The position numbers and the translations under genes are program-made. Below the pieces are notes generated by a model that saw nothing but the letters and a program-made list of their open reading frames with translations, ran no database searches and had not been told where the DNA came from. A stretch of DNA of 63,875 bases, the filler included, from Octopus bimaculoides (taxonomy: Eukaryota), in NCBI RefSeq assembly GCF_001194135.2. It is 7 parts of 6 records of this genome, joined end to end, with 100 filler letters (N's around TTAATTAATTAA, not from the genome) between each part and the next. Parts side by side here need not be neighbours in the genome. Positions count along the whole stretch, not along the records: positions 19,265 to 39,022 come from NC_069002.1; 6 more parts are not named here. One strand, 5' to 3'. Below are positions 23,761-36,485 of the stretch, one piece after another (position 1 is the stretch's first letter; the number at the start of each line of letters is the position of its first letter).

Positions 23761-24619
23761 TTTGGATATGTTATAACCTAGAAAGAAAAAAATACGTTAG
23801 TAAAAACAATATAGTGGAAGAATCATCATGTCTATGCATTGATCAGTAAATTTAAAGAGAAAATTTGAATTTTAAATTATAAAGCAGGTAACGAACCAAC
23901 TGAAAAAAAAGGAAAATAGACAATTGGTCATATCTAAAAAATATATATATTTGCTGGAGAAAAGCCAAAGATAGTTTCAAAATCATAGCAGAAAATATTT
24001 TAAATACGCCTCAAATTATCTCTGATAAAAATTGATTGTTGACCTGTGGTATTGGATAAACAATCAATCATAGTTTATCGATGGTTTATTGTCAGATTAT
24101 TGTAATAATAGAATATTAAAATTATTAATGCTAACTGAGCAGTTTAGAAAGTAATAATATACTATTAAAATAGATTAAATTTTGGAAATCAGATTAACTG
24201 GCGGTGGTCTGCGTCGGAAAAGCCATTATGAAGTTCTGAATATTAGTAAAGTTTATTCCTCGTGAAGACTCCTTCGCTTTGGTCTGTTTATTTTTTCTGA
24301 GAGAGACGAAATGTGGGAATATTCATTGACGCTCTGTTATTGATTTGGTCGTTAGAGACGAGTTCGAACGAGAGGGATGATGTGAAAGGTGAGGCACCTA
24401 TACAGCGAGGTGAAAAGGGGAGTTAGGAATCGAACAAGGAGGCAGATAGGTATGAAACCTCAAAGACACATGAAAATACAGTTATAACGAGAGTGATTTG
24501 GAACTTTTCCTAACCTGTTGATATGAAGGCTGAACCGAAGAACCAACCAACCAAAAACACTGTTTATTATAAAAGTTGTAGTAACTATTTTATATTTATG
24601 AAGTACAAAATGAAGAAGA

Positions 24620-24720
24620 CAGACAGGGAGACAGACAGGGAGACAGACAGATAGGTAGGTAGGTAGGTAGGTAGGTAGGTAGGTAGGTAGGTAGGTAGGT
24701 TGGTAGGTAAATAGATAGAT

Positions 24721-24809
<89 letters not shown>

Positions 24810-24810
24810 T
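24620..24810. repeat. Compound (GACA)/(GGTA)/(GATA) microsatellite
   Basis: Directly visible. Confidence 0.95.
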
Positions 24811-24891
24811 GTACAAGGATAGGTAGCCGTTCATGAAACTACGTAGTCCGACTTCAATTCGTCCAAGCGAAATATCTAAACTGAGAGCACA

Positions 24892-24926
24892 CGCGCCCGC
24901 CCGCGCCCGCCCGCGCCCGCCCGCGC
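24892..24926. promoter_or_regulatory. GC-box-like tandem (CGCGCCCGCC)x3 in a CpG-richer non-TE segment
   Basis: Three GGGCGG-type boxes on the minus strand; the function is inference only. Confidence 0.3.
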
Positions 24927-26246
24927 ACACACACGTATGTGTTTCTACTTGTGTGCGCTGGTGTACGGGCGCGCTTGCCCTCACTTGAAGTATCTCGTTT
25001 ATTTTATCACAGGTTTAAAATGTCAATTGAACTAGCTTGTTTTGTCGTGATGTTCTGAACATACACGCATCTACCAACCTGAACACAAAGTCCCCAATGA
25101 GGGTTACACAAGGGACAATTTTCCATTTTGTGTGCAAACTCTGACGGCTGATTTCCAGCTGATGATGTAAACGATCGTTCAGTTTAGTTTTGCCTCCCGT
25201 GGGAGTTGCCTAAAAGTTCGCACGTGGGAGAGGGGAACTCTGGAGTCACGATAGAGCGAATTATTACCTGTTTAGTAATCCAAATATAAAGATTGTTACG
25301 GTTAATATTTCTAATAACACATTTTGGGTGAAATTTGAAGATTTGAAAGCCAAGGAATGCAATAAATAAAAATATAGTTTTCCCCATTTTTTCCAGATTA
25401 TCGATTAAAAGATTTTTTTTTTCAATGAGAGGAGGTTAGTGGTACAAAGACAAGAACAGTGAAGTAAAGGGACGGAAAGACATCTCGACTATTTCCGTTA
25501 AATCCTAGAGATCAAAGTGAGACAGTTCAAAAGTTCTGGAAAAGACAGGAAAAAGATCCTTTGAAAGGGAACGTTTGATAGAAAAATGAAGCAAACCGAT
25601 AAAACTGTTTCTATTAAACAAATTCTTTGACTTTCAAATCTGTTCACACTTTATCAAAATGTTTCAAATTCATCCTCAAAATATTATTCGAAATATTCTG
25701 ACAGCAACCAGCCAGATAAAACCACGTCTGCTTATCATTTCGTTACGTTTGAAAGAAGTTATATGTTTGTTTATCCACTGTGTTTGGCAGGATATTTTTG
25801 AATGCTACTAGTGAGACCATATCTTTTGAACTGTCTACCACGGCCTTCAGGCTTTCACAAGAACAGTCGAGTTATCTTTGCTGTCGATGTATCACTAACC
25901 TCTTTTCTTTGAAAAGAATCTTTTCAGAAAAATTCAGAAAAAGCAGTGTAAAGCACGATGTTTGACTTTTAAATCTCTTCAGATTAATATTAATATTCAG
26001 GCGAGAAATCTTGCAATTGCCTTGCTGGTATATTTATGTTCATTGCGGTATGTGTAACCCACCGCCCTTCTTTTTCTTTCTCTTTTTTCAGTAGTTTATG
26101 TTCTGCGTTTACCGATTGGCTGTTACTGTTTTGCCATTTCTTTGTTTATTCTTATCTATGTATATTCGTATCTATACCTAAATACGAAAACGATTTCATA
26201 GAGAAATAGAGATTGAATAAAATACTGAGCTGAGTGACATGCATGC

Positions 26247-26298
<52 letters not shown>

Positions 26299-27560
26299 CA
26301 GCAATGAATTGTATCGAACTGATGAGAGAAAAATGCCTAGTATATTTTGTGGAATATAAGATTTATAAAAACTCGTGACTCGAGTTTTACGCCACTGCGA
26401 TCTCCAGGCGAGAAATGTTACAAATTGCATCGCTTGTATATTTATATTCGTTGGTGAGAATGTTGTCTCCTGCTCCTGTTACTTCATTGGCTTGTTTTTT
26501 GCGTTTTCTGTTTGGCTGTTACTTGTCGGCGTTTAGGTTTTTTAGTGGGATATTGTTTTGTCTCTTCTATGTGTGCATAAGAGAAGCCTGTTTGATTCTG
26601 TTTATTTTTTTGTTTTTCTCAAGTTTGTGTTAGATATATATGGATATATCGCGTTGTGTCTGTAAAATAGCTTATGTCAGAATAGGGATTTTGATTATTC
26701 GTTTGTGATTAAATTTAACTATAGAACTAATTAAAAATATATTGGCGGAGATGCTTTAAATCGTAAGTGGAATTCCATGATTGAGTGATTATAGTGGGAC
26801 TTATATGAAAAATCTCAAATTAAAGATTTTTGCTTGTTTATTTCATTGTAACTCAAATTTTATTTTTTAATTCTAATTTTTTGGTCGTGTTTGTTGGTCT
26901 GTGCCTGTTATTTTTATATTTTGTGAATTGAACAACTGGCTTTCGAATGTTAGTTTATATGTGGGTGTCTTATAGTTTAGCGGCCTTAATTTAAATGCTT
27001 GGGATTTTATTTTGGTCAAAGCAAAGAGTTCTTTATAAATGGAGGGTTTTTACAGCATTTTGCTTAAGCTAATTAAAAAAATTTCTTTAACTCATCGAAA
27101 AACATGTTCTTTGAGGTAGGGATTTCTGGGTGTATTTGTGCGTGTACGTGTCTCTGTGTTCGTGTGCTTGTATGTCTGAGTGGTTGTGTGCATGTGAGTG
27201 TGCCAGTGTCAACGTGTATGCTGGGCTCAAACCTTCCTTTCTCTGGCCTGTGTAGCTCGGCGCATTTGGTTGTGTTTTTAAAAAGAATTGTCTTTTTGTG
27301 TCTTTATGTATGCATAAGTGTTATGGATCGCATGCACGCAATTTGGGGCCACAAATGCAGAAGATAACACTACGTTGAATAGGTAAAAGATTTACAATAT
27401 AAATTTGTATTCTTTATTACAATTTAGATTTCAGTTAATTACCAATAAATCATATATACACATACATACATACATACATGCATACATACATACATACATA
27501 CATACATACATACATNNNNNNNNNNAGATGTATTAGTATAACGCTCGGGAATTGAAAAAG

Positions 27561-27598
27561 TCTTTAACGTTTCGAGCCTACGCTCTTCCACAGAAAGG
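27561..27598 (-). ncRNA. Variant hammerhead-like fold in a dispersed repeat (family 2, copy A)
   Basis: CUUU-CUGUGGA-A-GAGC(GUAG)GCUC-GAAAC-GUU-AAAG; A6 is replaced by U. Confidence 0.4.
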
Positions 27599-27679
27599 AA
27601 TACAGAAAGAAACAAGGAGAGAAACAAGCAGAAAATAAAAGCAGAAAAAAACAGAGGGAAACAAGTACTTATATACAGA

Positions 27680-27783
27680 ATAAGTACTAGACTTACAAAG
27701 AATAAGTCCTGGGGTCGATTTGATTCGACTAAAGGCGGTGCTCCAGCATGGCCGCAGTCAAATGACTGAAACAAGTAAAAGAG

Positions 27784-27785
<2 letters not shown>
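27680..27785 (+). mobile_element. SINE family A, 3' end
   Basis: cttacaaagaataagtcctggggtcgattt...aaggcggtgctccagcatggccgcagtcaaatgactgaaacaagtaaaagag is shared with the 34122 and 38541 copies. Confidence 0.9.
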
Positions 27786-27848
<63 letters not shown>

Positions 27849-28597
27849 ACACACATGTATGTATATGTATATATATATCCATAAATACATATATACATAT
27901 ATGTGTGCGTATTTGGATGCGTGTGCGTGTGTGTGTGCATGCATGTATGTGTGTGTATGTTACAATATTTCATTTTAGCATTGTTAAGATTAATATATTT
28001 TTTCTACAAAAAAAGAAGTAAATATCCATAAAATTTCGTAATCAGAGTGATGTATTTACTTTCCGAGTCCAAAATATATTTTCACAGAATCCGTGCTGAA
28101 AATAACAATGGGCTAAATATGATTTAGGTGTGGACTGGTACGATGTATATGTGTGTGTGTGTATTTATGTGCGTTATTGTGTGTGTTTGTGTGTGTATGC
28201 ATGTGTGTATATATATATATATATATATATNNNNNNNNNNNNNNNNNNNNNNNNNNNNNNNNNNNNNNNNNNNNNNNNNNNNNNNNNNNNNNNNNNNNNN
28301 NNNNNNNNNNNNNNNNNNNNNNNNNNNNNNNNNNNNNNNNNNNNNNNNNNNNNNNNNNNNNNNNNNNNNNNNNNNNNNNNNNNNNNNNNNNNNNNNNNNN
28401 NNNNNNNNNNNNNNNNNNNNNNNNNNNNNNNNNNNNNNNNNNNNNNNNNNNNNNNNNNNNNNNNNNNNNNNNNNNNNNNNNNNNNNNNNNNNNNNNNNNN
28501 NNNNNNNNNNNNNNNNNNNNNNNNNNNNNNNNNNNNNNNNNNNNNNNNNNNNNNNNNNNNNNNNNNNNNNNNNNNNNNNNNNNNNNNNNNNNNNNNN

Positions 28598-28635
<38 letters not shown>

Positions 28636-28674
28636 TATGCATATTTATGTATGTTTATATATGTATATGTATGT

Positions 28675-28722
<48 letters not shown>

Positions 28723-29561
28723 GCATATATAAGTATATATTTATGTATGTGTGTGTATATATGCATGAATGTATATACATATATAATTTAATTTTAAGTA
28801 GCATTATCTTGTACAGAGTTGCATGAAATCATTAATATGTATGCATATGAATTAGCTGGTGCAAATTGCGTGGTGTACTCGAGCACGATTTGCTGTGTGT
28901 TAAAACATCGCTATTATCTTATCAATACTTTATTATTAAAACATATGTCTTGGCAAATATATTTATTTCATTGTTCAATCTTAAACTCAATTAACGTCCC
29001 ACTATTAATTATATTCAACTATTGAACCACGCAATTTTCCTTTTCCTTTCAAATCCATCAATTTATTAAGTTTTATTTATCTATTTTAGTTAACTGCATC
29101 ATAACTTATTCTTTAACTTATTCAAATTCAACAATTTACAACTTTAGATATTTAACAACTTTTCCAGTCTAAATAAATCAAAGTTTTATACTGTTTTTTC
29201 TATTTTATTTTAATAGACTTCAACATTAAACTATAATAATTTATACTTTCGATTTTGCCAACGCATTCACTTTCATGCCCTATCTCTAAGTTTGATATCA
29301 TCTTTTCTTAATAACGTATTTGATGAGATATTACCCGCGTTCTTATAACTTATAATGAATTGTCCTCTCCAACAACGTATAATTTACATAAATTCATAGC
29401 ATTGCTTTCTGCAAAAGACAATGGCGTTTAAAGATACGTAGGTGGTATATTTAAATTTCTGTAGATAGAAGAGGAGGGGATTTTGTGTAAAGGTCAAGAA
29501 ACAAATTTATATTAAATGTATCTAATATCAGCTGCTTTTAAAATATATGTACGCATCTATG

Positions 29562-29593
<32 letters not shown>

Positions 29594-29757
29594 TGTATGT
29601 ATGTATGTATGTATGTATGCATGCATATATGTATGTATATATGTATGAATGTACGTACGTATGCATGTATGTACGCTGTATTATGCATATATATATGTAT
29701 AAATCTTTTGGTAGTTTTATTCCATATACATACTCGCACACACATCCGTGAGTATAA

Positions 29758-29876
<119 letters not shown>

Positions 29877-31935
29877 AACTGAGGATATAATCATTAAAAT
29901 TATTATATCAGTGGCTAGCGTATAAAAAAACGACCACAGCAGTAAAATTAATTTTTAAGTACATAATTAGAAAAATATAATCATAATTTAGGGTGCTGGG
30001 ATGTCAGCACTTATATGCTAGAAGTAGATGTTAAATACCTACAATTCACTCTAAACTTGTTCTCTATTTATAACCCAAGGCTGAATGCGAGATGATGAGC
30101 AAGAAAATTTACAAATTCGGATAATCCTGGTGGTGGTGGTGGTGGTGGTTGTGTCATACTTCCCTCGGCATAGGCTAGTAGCCATATTATACTGCTACAC
30201 ACAGCGGGTGCAACATATAATTGATCTGTGTTTCTTTCACTTGTAAAGTAAATTTCTAATTCTCATATAGATCTACAAGATAACAGAATCACACGGGTTG
30301 CAGCCATAGATAGTAATTAAATTGGTCGAAACCAAACTTTTACCATTACTATTCCGCTGTGTACCCGATAGGACTTCATCTAATGCTGTAAGAATTTACC
30401 AATAATTCTTGGTGTCTGTAATTCTTGTATTGAATCTATTACGATGAACGGATTCTATTTTATTCATTATTGTCGCGAAAACAATGATTATTTCTATCTT
30501 TAGTCGATCTGTTATCATAGACAATCATATTCCTGCCAGAGGTCATCTTTGAAAATGGAATATCAACAAATGGAATAAGAATTTAACGAACGAAAGATAA
30601 AATAATGAATGTTTAGTCCACTTCCGGTTGCTTGCAAAAACTGGAGTGTTTTACTAACGTACTCTCAGACAAAGAAATTCTTTGATTCAACAAAAAGTTG
30701 AATAGCAATTTTATTTATTTATTTATTCGATGGAGCAGTTTTCTATAAATCTGTGTGTCTGCTTCCTGAGTGCATTCGATACATTCTGTTGCTCTCTTTA
30801 AAAGATGTTCTCTGATGTTTAAAATACAATTTCACTGGAATCAGTAGACCAATATTGCCTCTACTTGTATTAATCTGAAAACGGCACGAACATCATTTAA
30901 CAGAGGACGCTTTGCACAAATTTGCTCTTGTAGCAAACAGCTGTAATTGTAAATTTAAGAACCAAGTTTTAAAGGAGAAACTACTCTGATTGAGGAAGAT
31001 TGATTTTTCTTTGTTAGTTCTTCTCGTTTCTTATGACAAAGAAGGAAGTTATAATACAAAAAAGAGAGAAAGAAGAAATTGAACCCCACCTGCCATTTGG
31101 CACAAAAGTCTTTTAGCTTTCGTTAATTTTTTTTTTTTTTCCTTTTTGTCATTTTGAGTTAATCCATAAACCGGAAGACATCAGCAAGCCTCTTCAACAC
31201 CTCCACATTCGAGTGCTTTCTTTTCTATGCCTTGTATTTTGAAACATCCTCTAAGCTCTCTAATGTTAAAAACCAACTAAAATAATCCGCAATTCAGTCG
31301 ACAATTTATTCAAAAATTGACAAAGATCGATCAAAATTCCATCACCCCGACATTTAAAAATATTTTTTAGAAGAAATTTTGAATTTTCTCATCAGAAAAT
31401 AAAGACCATCTACCAACAAATCACGAAAAGCAAAGACACAAGCATGTAGATGGGATTAAGAAAGTTGGCTTCACAAATATTTGGTTCCGAGTTCGACTTT
31501 ACAACATGGGTATATTAAATATCTTATAGCAAAGAAACTATTTAAGTAACTCCTTTCCTTTTCCGTTAAATTTTATTTGAAATGGTGGATTCCTACCGTT
31601 ATTTTGGATTGACTATAGTTGTTGATTTTTTTCGTACTAGGTATTGTCCTGAAGGAGGGTTAGGGTAGTGTTTATTTATTGTTCTGAATCCATGATGACT
31701 ACAGAACTGCCTTTATGAGCTTCTTGTGATACCCGGTTTTAAATTCAGGTGCGTTTTCAACTCCCAAAACACATTCTATATTTTTTTTCTTGCGTGGAAA
31801 TACACTTCTTTCCATATATNNNNNNNNNNNNNNNNNNNNNNNNNNNNNNNNNNNNNNNNNNNNNNNNNNNNNNNNNNNNNNNNNNNNNNNNNNNNNNNNN
31901 NNNNNNNNNNNNNNNNNNNNNNNNNNNNNNNNNNN

Positions 31936-32010
31936 TCTTGGCACGCTGGGCAAAACGCTTAGCAACATTTCGTCAAATTTTACGTTCTGAGTTCAAATTA
32001 CGCCGAGGTC
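31936..32010 (+). mobile_element. SINE family B fragment
   Basis: gcacgctgggcaaaacgcttagc...acgttctgagttcaaattacgccgaggtcga, as in the 56548 and 61165 copies. Confidence 0.78.
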
Positions 32011-32984
32011 GATTCAAACTGATCCAGCCTTTGGAATGTTATCGTCGCTGTAAGTGGCCGAGCATTATCCTGATGGAAGAACATCTTTCGTCTTGAAACC
32101 AAAGATAATTGTTTTTCTTCTAGCACTGACTTAAGCCTCTCAAGTTGCTCGCAGTAGATCTCCTTTGTTATCATCTGGTTTGGGTTTAAAAGTTCAAAGT
32201 GGACTAAACCCTTCATATCCCACCAACAGATAACAACATCTTACGTGGCTGAAGGCCTTCTTTAACCTGGGGTGCCAGTGTTTCTTCTTTCCCTACCCAC
32301 TGTCTTCGGCGCTTGTCATTTTTATAGAGAACCCATTTCTTGTCACCAGTCAATATTCGGTCCAAAAAAGGTTCATCTGTGAGACGTGACAGCAAAGAAG
32401 AGCACACGTTTACTTTCTGCGTGCGATTAGACTCTGAAAGTTTCTGAGGAACCCATTGACCCAATTTGCTGACATTTCCGATGGCACGCAGGTGTCGATG
32501 AATGATTGAATGACCAAATCCAGGCTTCTCTGTCAGTTCCTCAACAGTTACGATGGGATTTTGTTCCACCAGGGTTTGCAGGACGTCCTCGTCGAGCTCT
32601 GCAGATCTTTCAGGACTAGGCTCGTCTTCTAGGTTGTAGTTTCCAGCTCAGAATTTCTGGAACCACTATTGACACTAGTTTATACTTATTGTCCAATCCC
32701 CATATACTGCATTAATATTCCTCGTACTTTCCATTGCTTTATTGCCTTTAATGAACTCATGAAGCAATATATGCCGAATGTGCGCCTTTGTCACTTCCAT
32801 TATAGGTTTGAAAAAAATAACTGTTAAAATCGAACTGCACTCTTGAAAACTTGCACTAAGAATAAGTACAAGTTAAAATTACTGCCTGCTTTTATAGCAA
32901 GTTGATGCAGGTAGTTTATCCCATTCTCCTCCGACTTCTAGTTCATGCAATTGAAAAAACCGCATTCTTTATGGGATGACCCAA
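32010..32984 (-). mobile_element. Mariner transposon, 3'-truncated
   Basis: KLGQWVPQKLS...FLDRILTGDKKWVLYKN...PRKMLLSV / GLVHFELL...IYCEQLERL...FHQDNARP. TIR TTGGGTCATCCCATAAAG with TA at 32985-32986. Confidence 0.93.
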
Positions 32985-33159
32985 TATACAAAAACGTTTC
33001 TAGTGCCACGATGGGGCTGCGTCGCAAAGCTTAAGAATTTTATATTAACTTGTATGGTGTGAAGAAATTCCTTATTTTAGAAACGTTCTTATTTCTTCTT
33101 TATGCTTTTTCCTATTAATGTCTGCCGGCTGTGGCCGGGCTGAAGTATCTACGTTTATA

Positions 33160-33335
33160 GGTTGTTTTATTTTGATGTATATGTTCCCTTGAAATTGATT
33201 GGCAATTCATTTATCGACGCCGAAGGATTAAAAAGCCAAATAGGTCTCGGCAGAATTTGATTTCAGAATGCAGGAAGCTGGAATAAAATATTGAAAAGTT
33301 GTCCGTTCGATGCTCTACCGATTCTGCCACTTCGT
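33160..33335 (-). mobile_element. Diverged SINE family B
   Basis: Reverse complement gives gtggcagaatcggtagagcatcg...ctgaaatcaaattctgccgagacc...ttttaatccttcggcgtcgataaat. Confidence 0.65.
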
Positions 33336-34121
33336 TGGCTTACCTGGCCGACTGTCTTAGTCTTCTTTGCTACCTGTGATAATCTTGTAATTTTGTCCCT
33401 TGTACCTGTTGTATTTTTGTTTTAGGTCCCTGTAGCCGAAAGGAGGGGGAGGAGGAATGAGAAGGAGGAGAGATAATTGAGAGAAAACGGAGTCAGAAAT
33501 ATGTCAGTGACTACGGAGATTAATTAAAAGCTAATAATCACAAGTTTCAATTAAGGAGGTGTATAATTAAGCAATGTCATATGTTGCTAATTAACCACAT
33601 CAGTTGGGAATTATCAGTTTAATTAAGGACAGAACGAAGAAAAAGACATCGTAGAGTATATATATATATATATAAAGATAACAAAGAAAATATGTATATA
33701 TAAAAAAGGTAAACCTAAATTAAAATGAAAAGAAATTAAAAGATAGAAGACCAATCAAGTTTCAAGTTGTTGAGTTGTTTTCTGAAAGTCAGGAAGATCA
33801 AATTTTGTTGTTGACATCTTTATTGATTTTTCCAACATAAGAAGAATTCTAAGAAATTAATTGTTCTAAATTTAATCTATAATTTTCAAATGGATGTCGA
33901 AAATAATAGATTATTTCTTTTATGGCATTTCATGTCATTAATTTATCATTGAGTAATACAGTCGCCATTGACTGAGTGGTAATAATGCCGGGCTACTTGT
34001 CGAAAGTTCGAGAGTTCGCTCTTTATCGCCGGCACTGACCGGTATCTATGTCCAAAACACTAAATTCTTACTGGCACAGTCCGTTCGGCTGTAAATAGGT
34101 TTTATTCTCTTTCGCTTTCTT

Positions 34122-34308
34122 TTTTCTCTTTTACTTGTTTCAGTCAATTGACTGGGCCATGCTGGAGCACCGCCTTTAGTCGAGCAAATCGACCCCAAGA
34201 CTTATTCTTTGTAAGCCTAGTACTTAATCTATCGGTCTCTTTTGCCGAACCGCTAGGTTACGGGGACGTAAACACACCAGCATCGGTTGTCAAGCGATGT
34301 TGAGGGGA

Positions 34309-34354
<46 letters not shown>

Positions 34355-34541
34355 TATACATAATATATACATATATATGACAGGCTTCTTTCAGTTTCCG
34401 TCTACCAAATCCACTCACAAGGCTTTGGTCGGCCCGAGACTATAGTAGAAGACACTTGCCAAAGGTGCCACGCAGTGGGAATGAACCCGGAATCATGTGG
34501 TTGGCAAGCAAGCTACTTACCACACAGCCACACCTGCGCCT
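34122..34541 (-). mobile_element. SINE family A, full length (tRNA-like head, central microsatellite, conserved tail)
   Basis: Minus strand AGGCGCAGGTGTGGCTGTGTGG (A box) ... GGTTCATTCCC (B box) ... ggcaagtgtcttc ... (TG)n ... gactgaaacaagtaaaagag. Confidence 0.92.
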
Positions 34542-34747
34542 TATTCCCCATAACTTTTTATCATCTCCTCTCATATTTCCACTTCCTTTTCTTAGTTATG
34601 AATAAATGCTTTCCTTTGTCTTCTTCTTCGTATGTACGAAGTCATTATTCAATACCACCGCATCATTCTGGCATTACGGAATAGTTTCATTCGGATTTAT
34701 ACTCATCATGATAAAACGAAAATGTTTACAGAATTAATATAACCCTA

Positions 34748-34812
<65 letters not shown>

Positions 34813-35354
34813 CTCTGTCTGTCTGTCTCTGTGAGTGTGTGTGTGTTTTAAAATATAGTTGCTAGACAAAGTAGAGAAAATAGTTCTCGAACATCAAAGC
34901 TAATGTGAAATACTATTTTATTGAAGCTTCTTGTAGCTGGTCATCTGATGAACGGTTACATAAAACTCTGAATAACAGAGTTTGTGAAATCTTTTCAACG
35001 TCAATAATGTAGTACATACATATGCATACAAACAGCCATACACACATACATACGAATGTGTGTGAGAGAGAAAGAGAGAGAAAGAGAGAGAGAGTGGGGA
35101 GTGGGGGGTTACGATTTCTGTGAAGTGTTTGGTCTAGGTGAGACTATTAGTAGAACTTCACTGCCTGAAATATGTAGATTACTTTGGATTCTAATTGAAT
35201 TTGGATGACAAAGAAATGTCCAACGTCTTCAGGTATGGAAATATAGCGTAAGAAATATATGATAGGAATGAAATATAGAAGGAGAAAGAAAATCTTCTGT
35301 ATGCTGTGGTGAGAAAAGAAAAATTATGGAAAGTGAACTGTGTGACAATACTGA

Positions 35355-35435
<81 letters not shown>

Positions 35436-35619
35436 ACACACACATGTACACACAACAGTACACACATTTCACACACATTCATGAACCCACACATATTCAT
35501 ACTCACCCACATATCAATACACATATATAACAACACACACATTCACACACATACACACACACACACTGTGTTTAAGTACAGGAGTCAAATTTTCTTCTAT
35601 ATATGTTATATTGAGAACA

Positions 35620-35790
35620 GGACATGGCTATTTAGTTAAGAATCTCACTTCGCAACTCTTCAGTTTCGAGGCACCTTGAGGAAATGTTTTCCACTATAGC
35701 CCAGTGCCAACCAAGTTTTCATGAGTGTATTTGGTGCTTAGAAACTGTGAGGAAGCCCGTCGAATATTTGAATATGCCTGAATGTGTTTT

Positions 35791-35846
<56 letters not shown>

Positions 35847-35990
35847 CCTTTGTATTTGCCTCCCTACCACTTAACAACCAGTGTTACTTTCTATTCGTGT
35901 TTGCATTCTAAAAATCCAACTAACGAAGTCAATAGAGTTAGCACTAGAATTTTAAAAAGAGCACTGGACCCAATTTATTCGACCAAACAT
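35620..35990 (+). mobile_element. Old SINE family A copy
   Basis: Diverged head, ccactatagccc...gaaactgtgaggaagcccgtcg, central (TG)n, decayed tail. Confidence 0.65.
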
Positions 35991-36087
35991 ATGAAAGCAA
36001 AGCCCCACGAACGGCCGCAGTAAAATAACTGAATCAAGTATATATATATATATATGTTTTCACTTTATTTATATATATATATATATA

Positions 36088-36162
36088 TATCAGGTCATCC
36101 CATAAGTTCTGGCCGATTTTACCTTTTTCAAAATTGTTGTGTTTATGTGCCCGAAACTTAGC
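36088..36162 (+). mobile_element. Probable mariner left terminus (remainder in gap)
   Basis: TA-TCAGGTCATCCCATAAG resembles the TIR of the 32 kb mariner. Confidence 0.45.
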
Positions 36163-36485
36163 NNNNNNNNNNNNNNNNNNNNNNNNNNNNNNNNNNNNNN
36201 NNNNNNNNNNNNNNNNNNNNNNNNNNNNNNNNNNNNNNNNNNNNNNNNNNNNNNNNNNNNNNNNNNNNNNNNNNNNNNNNNNNNNNNNNNNNNNNNNNNN
36301 NNNNNNNNNNNNNNNNNNNNNNNNNNNNNNNNNNNNNNNNNNNNNNNNNNNNNNNNNNNNNNNNNNNNNNNNNNNNNNNNNNNNNNNNNNNNNNNNNNNN
36401 NNNNNNNNNNNNNNNNNNNNNNNNNNNNNNNNNNNNNNNNNNNNNNNNNNNNTGTGTGTGTGTGTGTGTGTGTTTCCTTTTATTA

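Noticed and set aside
34440-34541. tRNA-like A/B boxes here and at 38541, 47800, 56548 and 61165
   Set aside because: These are SINE heads with conserved SINE bodies and no complete cloverleaf, so they are not tRNA genes.
34940-35000. CTGATGA followed by an AAACTCTG/CAGAGTTT hairpin and GAAA
   Set aside because: Seven or more unpaired nucleotides separate the core from the stem, and no stem I/III pairing was found.
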